DNA of 64,000 bases from an uncultured Ktedonobacterales bacterium (GTDB lineage Bacteria > Chloroflexota > DTOL01 > DAOUCN01), in contig CAYOEZ010000001.1 of assembly GCA_964402955.1 (NCBI GenBank), positions 35,027 through 99,026 on the forward strand, written 5' to 3'. Shown in pieces: positions 17,187-26,508 of the stretch. The first letter of the stretch is position 1; every line of letters begins with the position of its first letter. Made by a program: the position numbers and the translations under genes. The notes beneath the pieces were generated by a model. It saw nothing but the letters and a program-made list of their open reading frames with translations. It searched no databases and was not told the origin of the DNA.

Positions 17187-18089
17187 ATGGCAACCTTCCA
17201 ACCCACCGGTATGATCATCCCTATGCTGACCCCATTCCACCAGGATGGCAGCGTGGATGATGAGGGGGTACGACGTCTAGCGCGGCGACTCATGGCAGCA
17301 GGTGTGCATGGACTGTTTCCCGTTGGCAGCACCGGTGAATTCTTTGCTCTCACCTGGCAGGAGCGTTGCCGCATCATCGAGATCGTCATCGAAGAGGCAA
17401 ACGGCCGTGCGCCGGTGTATGCAGGCACAGGAGGGGTCAGCACCCAAGAGGTTGTCGAATTGACGCGGCGCGCCGAGAAGATGGGCGCGGACGCCATCGT
17501 GGTCATCACACCCTTTTTCATCTCTCCTAACCAGGATGAGCTCTACGCTCACTATGCGGCCATCTGCGCCAGCACGGCTCTGCCGGTTATCCCTTACAAT
17601 AATCCCTCTCGCACCGGAGGAGTAAACCTGGAACCATCCACTGTCGCCCGGATGGCTGTCACTCTTCCCAACCTGGTGGGCATCAAGGATTCCAGCGGGA
17701 AGCTTCAGCAGACAATCGAGTACATCCGAATGACGCCCCGAACGTTCCGCGTCTTCCAGGGCCGCGATGAGCTAATCCATGAGTCGTTCAAGCATGGCAC
17801 CATTGGCGCAGTGGCTGCAACGGGAAACGTCGCGCCCGAGGTTGTGATGGACGTCTACGAGGCGCATGTAGCGGGCGATGAGAGTCGAGGGCGTGCTGCC
17901 CAGAAAAAACTTACCAGGTTGCGGGATGCACTGGCCCTGGGCACCTTTCCTTCAGTACTCAAAGCGGCCATGGCCCTGATCGGAGAGCCTGTGGGGCCGC
18001 CGCGCTTGCCTGTTGCGCCTCTGGCGGAGCCGCAGATGGAGAAGCTGCGAGCCATGCTGGACCAAATCGGACTGCCTGTTCACGCCTAA
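17187..18089 (+). CDS. dihydrodipicolinate synthase/N-acetylneuraminate lyase-family aldolase (DapA-like)
   Basis: Motifs GSTGEF, Y..NP (IPYNNP) and the Schiff-base lysine block VGIKDSSGK. Confidence 0.9.
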   Translation: MATFQPTGMIIPMLTPFHQDGSVDDEGVRRLARRLMAAGVHGLFPVGSTGEFFALTWQERCRIIEIVIEEANGRAPVYAGTGGVSTQEVVELTRRAEKMGADAIVVITPFFISPNQDELYAHYAAICASTALPVIPYNNPSRTGGVNLEPSTVARMAVTLPNLVGIKDSSGKLQQTIEYIRMTPRTFRVFQGRDELIHESFKHGTIGAVAATGNVAPEVVMDVYEAHVAGDESRGRAAQKKLTRLRDALALGTFPSVLKAAMALIGEPVGPPRLPVAPLAEPQMEKLRAMLDQIGLPVHA

Positions 18090-18130
18090 ACGCGTGAGGT
18101 CAGGACAAACCAAAACAAGGAGAGAACACC

Positions 18131-18520
18131 ATGAGCATCAAGGTCATCCAGACAGCAAAATGCGCAGCTCCCGTCGGTCCCTACTCCCAGGGAATCATCG
18201 CCAACGGCTTTGTCTTCGTGGCCGGTGAGAAGGGGCTCGACCCCAAGACCAACAAGATCGTGTCCGGCGGAATTGCTCCCGAGACACGGCAGTGCTTGAT
18301 CAACATCCAGAACGTGTTGGCTGAGGCCGGCTGCACCATGGATGATGTGGTATCGAGCACGGTGCACATGGTCAATCTGGTGGACTTCGCGGCCATGAAC
18401 GTTGTCTATGCCGAGTTCTTCAAGAGGAATCCGCCGGTGCGCACGACGGTTGGCGTCACGTCGCTGCCGGCAGGGGCAGCGGTGGAGATCACGTGCAGCG
18501 CGGTTCTGCCCACCGAGTAA
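18131..18520 (+). CDS. RidA/YjgF-family reactive intermediate deaminase
   Basis: 129 aa. Carries APVGPYSQGI...FVAGEKGLDP...RTTVGVTSLPAGAAVEI, which is typical of YjgF/RidA. Confidence 0.9.
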   Translation: MSIKVIQTAKCAAPVGPYSQGIIANGFVFVAGEKGLDPKTNKIVSGGIAPETRQCLINIQNVLAEAGCTMDDVVSSTVHMVNLVDFAAMNVVYAEFFKRNPPVRTTVGVTSLPAGAAVEITCSAVLPTE

Positions 18521-18611
18521 CGGGTGCTTAAGGCTAATGTCGTTGTTCCTATCGTCCGTTGATGCTCATCATGTTGTCCACCGCCCACAGGTGATCGGAC
18601 CAAGAGAAGCG

Positions 18612-19316
18612 ATGCTTGAACCCCTAGATGACGCTCTTGCTTTGAGTGATCGAGCCTATGTAGCCATCAGGGAGGCAATCCTCACCCTGAAGATCAGACC
18701 AGGCCAGCTTGTGGCTATCGGCGACCTGGCTGACCAATTGAGGATCAGCCGCACCCCTGTGCGAGAGGCCCTCTTGCGGCTTGAGAAGGAAGGGTTGGTC
18801 TCGATCAACCCGCGCAAGGGCGCCTATGCTACCTCCATATCCGTTGACGATGTGAAAGAGATATTCGAGCTGCGCATCGTGCTTGAAGCCTACGCAGCGC
18901 GGGTGGCGGCCCCCCGTCTGACTGCCGCCGACCATGCGCACTTGAGGAATATCCTGAGCGCATCGGAGGCTGCTTTTCAGGCGGGCGACGAGATTCACGC
19001 TGCAGACCTGGGGCGGCAGCTTCATGACCTTCTGGTGCACACGGTGCACAATCGCCGGCTCGTTGCCTATCTCGACAATCTCGACGGTCACTACACACGC
19101 CTCAGACGGTTCGCCGTCACGTTGCCCGGCCGATTCGAGCGATCTCATGAACAGCACAAGGCGCTGGTTGCAGCCCTGGAGAGCGGGAATGGTGAGGCAG
19201 CCGGGCGGATTATGGAGGATCACCAGGCATCGGTTCGTGATGAGGTCTTGGCGCACATCGATATGTGGATGCCCTATCTGGAAGGGGCTGGGAATGGCAA
19301 GGAGGAAGTAGCATGA
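18612..19316 (+). CDS. GntR-family transcriptional regulator (paralog of 14835-15581)
   Basis: Start at MLEPLDDALALSDRAY. The HTH LADQLRISRTPVREALLRLEKEGLV is very similar to the first GntR. The upstream part of the track ORF overlaps ridA. Confidence 0.85.
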   Translation: MLEPLDDALALSDRAYVAIREAILTLKIRPGQLVAIGDLADQLRISRTPVREALLRLEKEGLVSINPRKGAYATSISVDDVKEIFELRIVLEAYAARVAAPRLTAADHAHLRNILSASEAAFQAGDEIHAADLGRQLHDLLVHTVHNRRLVAYLDNLDGHYTRLRRFAVTLPGRFERSHEQHKALVAALESGNGEAAGRIMEDHQASVRDEVLAHIDMWMPYLEGAGNGKEEVA

Positions 19317-19765
19317 GGAACACACTCGTAGCAATCCTCTGTTGTCTTGGCCTGTTGTTTTCCATCCTTCTCGCAACTGGCTGTGCTCCTGGAGGAGGAA
19401 AGGGAGGGGCCACCTTAACTCAAGACGCCGTGGCTCAAGCATTTGTGGAGCACCTCTTCGCAGGCCGTCTGGATCAAGCCAAGGCCTTGGCGGCCAAGGG
19501 CCACGCTGACGAACTCAAGGCAAGCGTTGACGCCTTTGCCCCCTTGCTGGCCACGTATCAGTTCCAGGAAGTTCAGATTGCCTCCTACCGCCCGTGGAGC
19601 TTCCAAGGAGACCCAGAAGGCAACAGACGGGTCGAGGTTCGCTATCAGTTCAAGGCCAAGTCCGGGGACGACGAGGTGAAGATCGGATTCTTTGAATTTC
19701 GCGTGCTGAACGTGAGCGGGGGATGGGGAGCTGTTGAGATCGTCCTGAAGCGTCCGACCGAATAA
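19313..19765 (+). CDS. small lipoprotein, function unknown
   Basis: The ATG at 19313 follows AAGGAGGA and overlaps the GntR stop. Signal peptide with lipobox: MRNTLVAILCCLGLLFSILLATGC. Confidence 0.6.
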   Translation: MRNTLVAILCCLGLLFSILLATGCAPGGGKGGATLTQDAVAQAFVEHLFAGRLDQAKALAAKGHADELKASVDAFAPLLATYQFQEVQIASYRPWSFQGDPEGNRRVEVRYQFKAKSGDDEVKIGFFEFRVLNVSGGWGAVEIVLKRPTE

Positions 19766-20039
19766 CCCGTGAGCCATTGAGAGGACGGCCAGGGGAGTAT
19801 CCGGGTACAGTCGCAGCATAGCCGCTTGCGGGTGTCTCCATGATGGGCGGGCGGCCCTCAACGACGGTGCTGCAGGATAACCTCCAGGGACGGCGCGATC
19901 TGGCAGCCTTGAGGGAGGTGATGCGTACAGCGAACAAGATTTGCCGGCGTTTCTGATCGTTGGTACATCTGTCACGGCGCACACAGTTGGGGTTCGTACA
20001 CTGCTACTCATACTGTCTTGAGAAAAGGAGAAGAAAACC

Positions 20040-21563
20040 ATGTCTGGAGACAAGAAGCTCAGCCGGCGCGATATGCTGCGCATGGCTGCAGCAGCAACCG
20101 TTGGCACGCTGGCAGCAGCCTGCGGAGCAGCGGCCACACCCACTCCGGCTCCGACACAGACAGCCAGAGTCATCGAGAAGCCGGTCACCCAGATCGTCAA
20201 GGAAACGCAGATCGTCAAGGAAACCCAGGTTGTCAAGGAAGTGGTGACGGCTGTTACGACGCCGCAACCCAAGGGGAACATCGTCATCTCTGTGCTCATC
20301 AGTGGCAACCTGCTCACCGAAGCCGATTCCATCGCCGAGGCCCAGCTCTTCACCGTCCATCTGATGGAGAAAAACCTCAAGCTGAACTCGAAGGGCATCA
20401 TGGCCAAGTATGAACCGTGGCCCGGCGGCGACGACTACAACAGAAAGGTACGCCTGATGACCGCATCTGGCGAGTTGAAGGATGTCGTCATCTGGGGCAA
20501 CTGGTCAAGTATCGCAGCCTACGCCAGCGACAAGGTGATACTGCCCATCGATGAACTTCTGAAGCTGAAGGGCATCCAGGAAAGCGAGTGGACGCCAGCT
20601 TCGATGAAGCTGTGCAAATACGATGCCAAGAGCGCTACGCCCTTTGTTGGGGAGCTCTATGCGTTACCAAACATGGCCAACCCTGGCGCCGCTTTCCTCT
20701 TCACCAACGCCGACGTGATCGCTGCGGCCGGCGCGACCCTTCCCAAAGATGGCATGACCTTGATAGACCTGGAGGCCATCGCCACGAAGGCGACCAATCC
20801 GGCCAAGGGTATCTTTGGCATGAACATCAACCTGTGGAGCACGACCCATGGCTTGGGCTGAGACTTTGGCTACGTCGCACCCTTTGGCGGCAGAGTCCTG
20901 GACGATGCCGGCAAGAAGTGCCTCATCAACTCCGAAGAGTGCGTGGCGGCCTGGAAGTGGATGCGCGATATCCACCATGTCAAGAAGATCGCACCGACTC
21001 CTGCCGATATCAAGGCCATGGGCGACTACAAGCAGGGCACGGAAAACGGCAAACTGGCCATCTACAAGATGGGCGCCTGGGGCGCGAGTTGGTTCCTGAT
21101 GCGGGCCAAGAACGAGAAGCCCAAGATGGAGTTCTGTGTCGCTCCGGACCGGTACGATGTTGGCACCAAGAATGCCCTGCGCGGCAATGATCTGGGGGTC
21201 AACTGGTACGGGATCTCTGCCAACGCCAAGAACAAGGCGGAATGCATGGATGTCCTGTATGCCTTCAATGACAAGGCGGCAGGCATCTTCTCGAACCAAG
21301 TTGGCATCACGCTACCGATGCCACGGCCCGATGTGCTGAGCGATCCCTCCACAGCCAAGGTGCCGATCATCGCGGCTGCTGCCACCGCTGTGCTCGGCGC
21401 TGCCGTCCTTCCGCCAGCGGCCAACGGGCGAAGCGGCGAGATCAACACTCTGCTCGGACAGCGCTTTGGCCCTGTTGACACCGGCGAACAAGTGCCAGAC
21501 AAGGCATTCCTGGATAAGCTGGCAGCGGAAATCCAGAAGATCCTCGATATGCCCAAGGCCTAG
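20040..21563 (+). pseudogene. ABC transporter substrate-binding protein (family 1, sugar-type) interrupted by in-frame TGA at 20859-20861
   Basis: Track ORFs 20040-20861 and 20943-21563 are in the same frame. The sequence reads through as ...STTHGLG-stop-DFGYVAPFGGRVLDDAGKK.... A Tat-like signal with lipobox is present (SRRDMLRMAAAATVGTLAAAC). The TGA sits where a Trp (TGG) is plausible. Confidence 0.7.
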
Positions 21564-21716
21564 CCTGGTCCATGTGTCATGCTGGGCAGGAGAGCGCAAA
21601 CCCGGCAAACCTGCCCAGCAGCGTGCGTCCGATGTGCGGGGTGGAGGGGCATCTTCGCAGGGCCCCCCGCCCCGCACGGCTACCTGTGCGCCGTGTGCGC
21701 ACGAGGAGGCGTTACC

Positions 21717-22673
21717 ATGAGTACGTCAATTATCGCCCATGGCCAGGTCACGCCGGCTCCCAGGCGGCGATTCAAGATGACGAACCAGATGAGGGAGGAG
21801 ATCGGCGGGCTGATCTGGACCTCTCCCTGGTGGGCCGGCGTTCTGGTGTTCAGCATATACCCCATGATTGCTGGTCTCTACTACTCATTCAATCGAGCCA
21901 CTTTGACTGGCCTGACTGAGTGGGTGGGTCTACAAAACTACATCGAGATATTGACGAAGGATGACCTCTTTTGGCCGTCCGTTGGGCGTACGTTCTATTA
22001 CGCCTTCGCTGTGGTGCCGCTAACTATGGCAGCGTCCCTCTTGGCTGCCTCGGTCCTGAATCAGGGAATAGTCGGCCAGAACTTCTTTCGCACGATCTTC
22101 TACATACCGACACTGATGCCAACGGTGGGTCTTGTTGTCATCTGGGCCTGGATCCTGAACCCCAAGGTTGGCCTAGTCAACTGGTTCCTCAGCCTGTTTG
22201 GCATCCAGGGGCCCACCTGGCTTATGTCGACAACCTGGGCTATGCCGTCGCTGTTTCTGATGGCAGGTTGGGGCGCCTTTGGCGGCAACGCCATGATCAT
22301 CTATCTGTCGTCCATGCAGAGTGTCCCGAAGGAGCTCTACGAGGCCTGCGAGATAGACGGCGGCAAGCCCTGGGATAAGTTCTTCAATGTTACCATGCCC
22401 ATGATCTCCCCGGCCATCGTGTTCAATTTGCTGCTGGGGATCATGGGCGCCATGCAGAGCTTCCTCTTCCAATTCCTCGCGCCAGAACCTCCAGGCGGTC
22501 CAAACTACGCCACGTACACATTGGGCCTGCACATGTACGTGCGCGGCTTCGAGAATGGCCGCATGGGCTATGCAAGCGCCCTGGCATGGCTCATGTTCGT
22601 TATAGTCTTTGTCCTGGTCGCGATCAACTACAAACTGTCCGGACGGTGGAGCGCAATAGGATCGGAGGGATAG
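21717..22673 (+). CDS. ABC transporter permease (MalF/UgpA-like)
   Basis: The ATG at 21717 follows GAGGAGG. Six TM segments and an EAA loop LYEACEIDGGKPWDKFFNVTMPMISP. Confidence 0.85.
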   Translation: MSTSIIAHGQVTPAPRRRFKMTNQMREEIGGLIWTSPWWAGVLVFSIYPMIAGLYYSFNRATLTGLTEWVGLQNYIEILTKDDLFWPSVGRTFYYAFAVVPLTMAASLLAASVLNQGIVGQNFFRTIFYIPTLMPTVGLVVIWAWILNPKVGLVNWFLSLFGIQGPTWLMSTTWAMPSLFLMAGWGAFGGNAMIIYLSSMQSVPKELYEACEIDGGKPWDKFFNVTMPMISPAIVFNLLLGIMGAMQSFLFQFLAPEPPGGPNYATYTLGLHMYVRGFENGRMGYASALAWLMFVIVFVLVAINYKLSGRWSAIGSEG

Positions 22674-22676
22674 GCC

Positions 22677-23600
22677 ATGACACTGCAGTCACTCTTTTCA
22701 AACAAACCTGGGGCTCTGCAAGGCAGGGAGACGCGGCACAACTGGCAGGAGCGGCTCAGGCATGTTCCACTGCGCGGGGCCATCTATCTCGTTGCCATCG
22801 CTATCGCGATCCTATCGCTCATTCCCGTGCTGTGGACACTGTCAACGTCGCTGAAGATGGGCGGCCAGGTGACAAAGCTGCCGCCAGACTTCATTCCCAA
22901 CCCCCTATACTGGGCCAACTATTCGGCTGTTTTGAATGGGATGGGTAACGTCCTGCCATTTACGCGCTGGGTGACCAACACGCTAACCATCGTTGGGGCG
23001 AATGTCTTCGGCGAGGTCTTCTTCGCTGCCGTTGCCGGCTATGGCTTTGCCCGCTTTCGCTTCCGGCTTCGGGAAGCCTTCATTCTCACCATGTTTGCCA
23101 ACGCCATCGTGCCGGGCATGATCAAGATGCTGCCGCAATACATGATGTTCGCCTCCTGGCACTGGACGAACACCTATCTCCCGCTGATCATACCGAACTG
23201 GTTCGGTGGCATGTTTCTGACGTTCCTGTTCCGGCAGTACTTCCTGACCATCCCGCGCTCGCTGGATGAGTCAGCCAAGATTGACGGCGCCACCAACCTG
23301 CAGATCTTCTTCAGAATCATCCTGCCTCTGTCGCGGCCTATCCTGGCTACGGCGGCAGTGATGGTCTACATGTTTAACTGGGACAACTTCCTCGGCCCCT
23401 TCATCTATGTGCATTCCATAGAGAAGTACACGCTGGCAGTGGGCCTGCAATTCTTCAGGCAAAGCGGGTATGGGGGCACGACCAAGGAGCCGCTGATGGC
23501 CGCCTACACCATCCTGATGGCGGCGCCCGTTATCCTGGCCTTCTTCCTGTTCCAGAGGTACTTCGTGCAGGGCATCCAGTTGTCGGCCTCCAAAGAGTAG
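22677..23600 (+). CDS. ABC transporter permease (MalG/UgpE-like)
   Basis: EAA loop SLDESAKIDGATNLQIFFRIILPLSRP. Starts 4 nt after the preceding gene. No ATPase gene is adjacent. Confidence 0.9.
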   Translation: MTLQSLFSNKPGALQGRETRHNWQERLRHVPLRGAIYLVAIAIAILSLIPVLWTLSTSLKMGGQVTKLPPDFIPNPLYWANYSAVLNGMGNVLPFTRWVTNTLTIVGANVFGEVFFAAVAGYGFARFRFRLREAFILTMFANAIVPGMIKMLPQYMMFASWHWTNTYLPLIIPNWFGGMFLTFLFRQYFLTIPRSLDESAKIDGATNLQIFFRIILPLSRPILATAAVMVYMFNWDNFLGPFIYVHSIEKYTLAVGLQFFRQSGYGGTTKEPLMAAYTILMAAPVILAFFLFQRYFVQGIQLSASKE

Positions 23601-23624
23601 CGTCTGTAACGCCGGGCCCTCACA

Positions 23625-24016
23625 GTGGTCTTCATCGTCGTCGCGGTGCTGCTGGCAATCGCCGTGAGCCTGGCTGTTTCACTTCGGAATTTCCCCTATG
23701 ATGGGAGGGACGAATACGGGCTGGCAGTGGAAATGATGGCATTGTCCTACGCGAAGCCTGCCAGGGACCCGCAGAAGGTGACACTTGGAAGTCTGCATGC
23801 CATGCGGCTCATTCTTGACTATGCCAAAGACGTTGATGAGGCTGTCTCACTGCTGCAGAAGCACAACGTTGATTTCGCTGGAGGTCCGCCTTGCATGACC
23901 TGGTCGCTGATTCGTCCGGAAACCGAGCGCCAGTAGAGCGGGACGGGAAAGTGCTGCGGCTTGGCAAACCGCTGCACCAGTGGGAGTGTGTCGTCTTGCG
24001 AGATGAGAACAGGTAG
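23625..24016 (+). pseudogene. frameshifted 3' remnant of an Ntn-hydrolase-like (C45/choloylglycine-hydrolase-type) gene
   Basis: Frame A gives ...GLAVEMMAL...LHAMRLILDYAKDVDEAVSLLQKHNVDFAGGP. Frame B continues LHDLVADSSGNRAPVERDGKVLRLGKPLHQWECVVL. The N-terminal nucleophile region is missing. The family call is weak. Confidence 0.3.
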
Positions 24017-24027
24017 GAGAACTGTGC

Positions 24028-25818
24028 ATGAGGATCCTGGCGCGCCTGTTTCGCTTTCTTGCCCCACATTGGAAAACTTTGACCATTGGTGTGATTGTCA
24101 TCCTGGCCCGCTCGGGCGCGGAACTTGTGCCTCCGCTGGTGCAACGAGACGTCATTGATGGCGTCATACAGGGGCACGACCTGAGCCGGCTGGGTCCCTT
24201 GATGGGGGCGTTGGTGGGCGTCTACCTCGTCCTGGCAGTGCTAGGCATCGCAGACAGCTATATCATCCACACTCTGGGAATGCGGGTGATTGTGGATTTC
24301 CGGGTGCGCGTGTATGCCTACCTGCAGCGTCTCTCGCTGTCATTCTTTGAGCGTATGCCGACGGGTGAGTTGATGTCGCGAGTTACCAACGACGTCGACG
24401 AACTGCAGGCGTTCGTGACGCACGGGTCGGCGCAATTGATTGCCGATGTGCTGCGGCTGGCCGGCACGGCGGCGATTCTGTTCTTGCTGGAGTGGCGCTT
24501 GGCCCTGTTACTTCTTGTCCCCATCCCCATATTGGTGACGTCTCTGCTCTACTACAACAAGCGCATCCGGCCAGTCTACCGAATGGCCCGCGATCGTCTG
24601 GGTGATATCAATGCCGTGTTACAAGATCGGCTGTCCGGCATTCGCGTCGTCCAGGCTTTTGCCCAAGCGGAGCGCGAACTCAAGTTTTTCACGGACGTCA
24701 ATGAACGGTATTACGCGGCCCAGGTAGCCGGAATCCGTTATTGGTCCATTTTGTTCCCGAGCCTGAACTTCGTTGTCATGATGGGCCCAATCCTCATCAT
24801 GGGTGCAGGAGCGCTGATGGTGGTGCAGGGTGAGCTTTCGCTGGGTACGCTGGTAGCCTTTCTCGCCTACGCGGTGTCATTCTACGACCCTGTTCGCCGG
24901 CTCACTGACATTGACAACGTTTTCCAGAGGGCGATCGCCGCCGCTGCTCGGGTCTTCGAGCTGCTCGACGCAGAGCCGGACATTGCGGACGCACCGAACG
25001 CGATCGAGCCGCAAAGGATCACGGGTGCTGTCACCTTCGAGCATGTGTCGTTCGCTTACAGCGCTGGCGAGGAAGTGTTACACGACATTACGTTCCACAT
25101 GGGCCCAGGCGAGATGGTGGCGCTGGTCGGGCCGAGCGGCGCTGGCAAGACGAGCATTGCCAGTCTGCTCTGCCGGTTCTACGACCCGGGGAAAGGAAAA
25201 GTGCTTATTGATAATCATGACCTGCGTACAGTGAAGCTACGGTGGCTTCGCACCCAGATGGCGGCTGTCTTGCAGGATACCTTCCTCTTCAATACAACGG
25301 TGCGGGAAAACCTGCTCTACGCTAAGCCGGATGCTACGGACGAGGAGTTGATCGCGGCAGCCAAAGTGGCGTATGCCCATGATTTCATCATGGAGATGCC
25401 CAAAGGGTATGAGACCGAGATAGGCGAGAGAGGTGTGCGACTAAGCGGAGGTCAGAAGCAGCGTCTGGCGCTGGCGCGCGCCATACTTGCCGATCCCAGG
25501 ATTCTCATTCTCGACGAGGCCACCTCTTCGGTAGACGCAGAGGCAGAGTACCTCATCCAGCAGGCACTGGAAGAGGTGCTCAAAGGACGCAGCGCCCTGG
25601 TCATCGCCCATCGCCTGAGCACCGTCCGGCGGGCCGACAAAATCATTGCGCTGGAAGACGGTCATATCAGAGAAGTGGGCAGCCACGAAGAGCTGAGGCA
25701 GGCGGGCGGACTCTACAGCCAGCTCTATCGCAGGCAGTTGGGACCGGATCCGATTCCTGAATCGCAAACTTCATCTGGAGACGCAGCCGGACAGTCCATC
25801 GTCAGAATTTGTGGGTGA
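24028..25818 (+). CDS. ABC exporter, fused permease/ATPase (MsbA/multidrug-type)
   Basis: Six-TM N-terminal domain, Walker A GPSGAGKTS, signature LSGGQKQR and Walker B ILILDEATS. Confidence 0.9.
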   Translation: MRILARLFRFLAPHWKTLTIGVIVILARSGAELVPPLVQRDVIDGVIQGHDLSRLGPLMGALVGVYLVLAVLGIADSYIIHTLGMRVIVDFRVRVYAYLQRLSLSFFERMPTGELMSRVTNDVDELQAFVTHGSAQLIADVLRLAGTAAILFLLEWRLALLLLVPIPILVTSLLYYNKRIRPVYRMARDRLGDINAVLQDRLSGIRVVQAFAQAERELKFFTDVNERYYAAQVAGIRYWSILFPSLNFVVMMGPILIMGAGALMVVQGELSLGTLVAFLAYAVSFYDPVRRLTDIDNVFQRAIAAAARVFELLDAEPDIADAPNAIEPQRITGAVTFEHVSFAYSAGEEVLHDITFHMGPGEMVALVGPSGAGKTSIASLLCRFYDPGKGKVLIDNHDLRTVKLRWLRTQMAAVLQDTFLFNTTVRENLLYAKPDATDEELIAAAKVAYAHDFIMEMPKGYETEIGERGVRLSGGQKQRLALARAILADPRILILDEATSSVDAEAEYLIQQALEEVLKGRSALVIAHRLSTVRRADKIIALEDGHIREVGSHEELRQAGGLYSQLYRRQLGPDPIPESQTSSGDAAGQSIVRICG

Positions 25819-25945
25819 TGAAACATCGTCTACAAGCTGTTTTCGGCGCCAAAATGGGTGGTCCAGAACGTTTTCAGGCTCAGATACATGCTCTGATGGG
25901 GAGCCAGCATTCGGCGTCGCCGGAATACGGACTTTTCGGCTACAT

Positions 25946-26118
25946 TTCTAGCAGCTTGTCGGAGAGAGTTGTCTCACCGCAGAGACGCAGAGTACGCAGA
26001 GGTTTTGATGGTTTTCTGTGCTCTTTCTCGGCGATGCCCGATACAGCGGGGCAGGCTCTCTCTGCGTCTCTGCGCTAGAAATGACCTCCGGCATTGGCTC
26101 TCCGACAGGCTGCTAGAA
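25946..26118. repeat. 173-bp inverted-repeat (MITE-like / long-hairpin) element
   Basis: Outer arms ttctagcagcttgtcggagag (25946-25966) and ctctccgacaggctgctagaa (26098-26118) are complementary at 20 of 21 positions. Inner arms cgcagagacgcagag (25978-25992) and ctctgcgtctctgcg (26060-26074) pair perfectly. No target-site duplication is obvious. Confidence 0.6.
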
Positions 26119-26508
26119 CGCCTTCGCCGACGAAGTGACTAAGATGCAGGTTGACCTGCCAGACGGAGGGTGTTGAACAATGGTGGTTCCCGCGTAGTAT
26201 AGCCCCTCGTGGGCGTCGAAAGCCCCGAATGCGGCCAATTCGACAGCCACAAGGGCCGATGCTACACGTTTCGGCGCCTTGTTCAGCACCCTCGCCAGAC
26301 GGGATGGGCCGTGTGGCCGAGGCGGTGCAACTGACGGCGCGCGGCTAGCGGCATGCCTGCCGCTACGATGGGCACACGGTGGACCTGGCGCTGCCGCTGC
26401 AGCAGTGGGAGTGTGTCGTCTTGTACGACGGGCACTCGGCGAGGCGTTGCGGGAACTCAGGCGTGATGCAGTGCAGCGAAAATGTCAGGGCAAGGGAGCG
26501 GGTAAACA

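Noticed and set aside
20859-20861. TGA in the substrate-binding protein as a third selenocysteine codon
   Set aside because: No hairpin lies 10-20 nt downstream. The context is not a redox motif, and Trp (TGG) is a simpler expectation at that position. It is treated as a nonsense mutation or a sequencing error.
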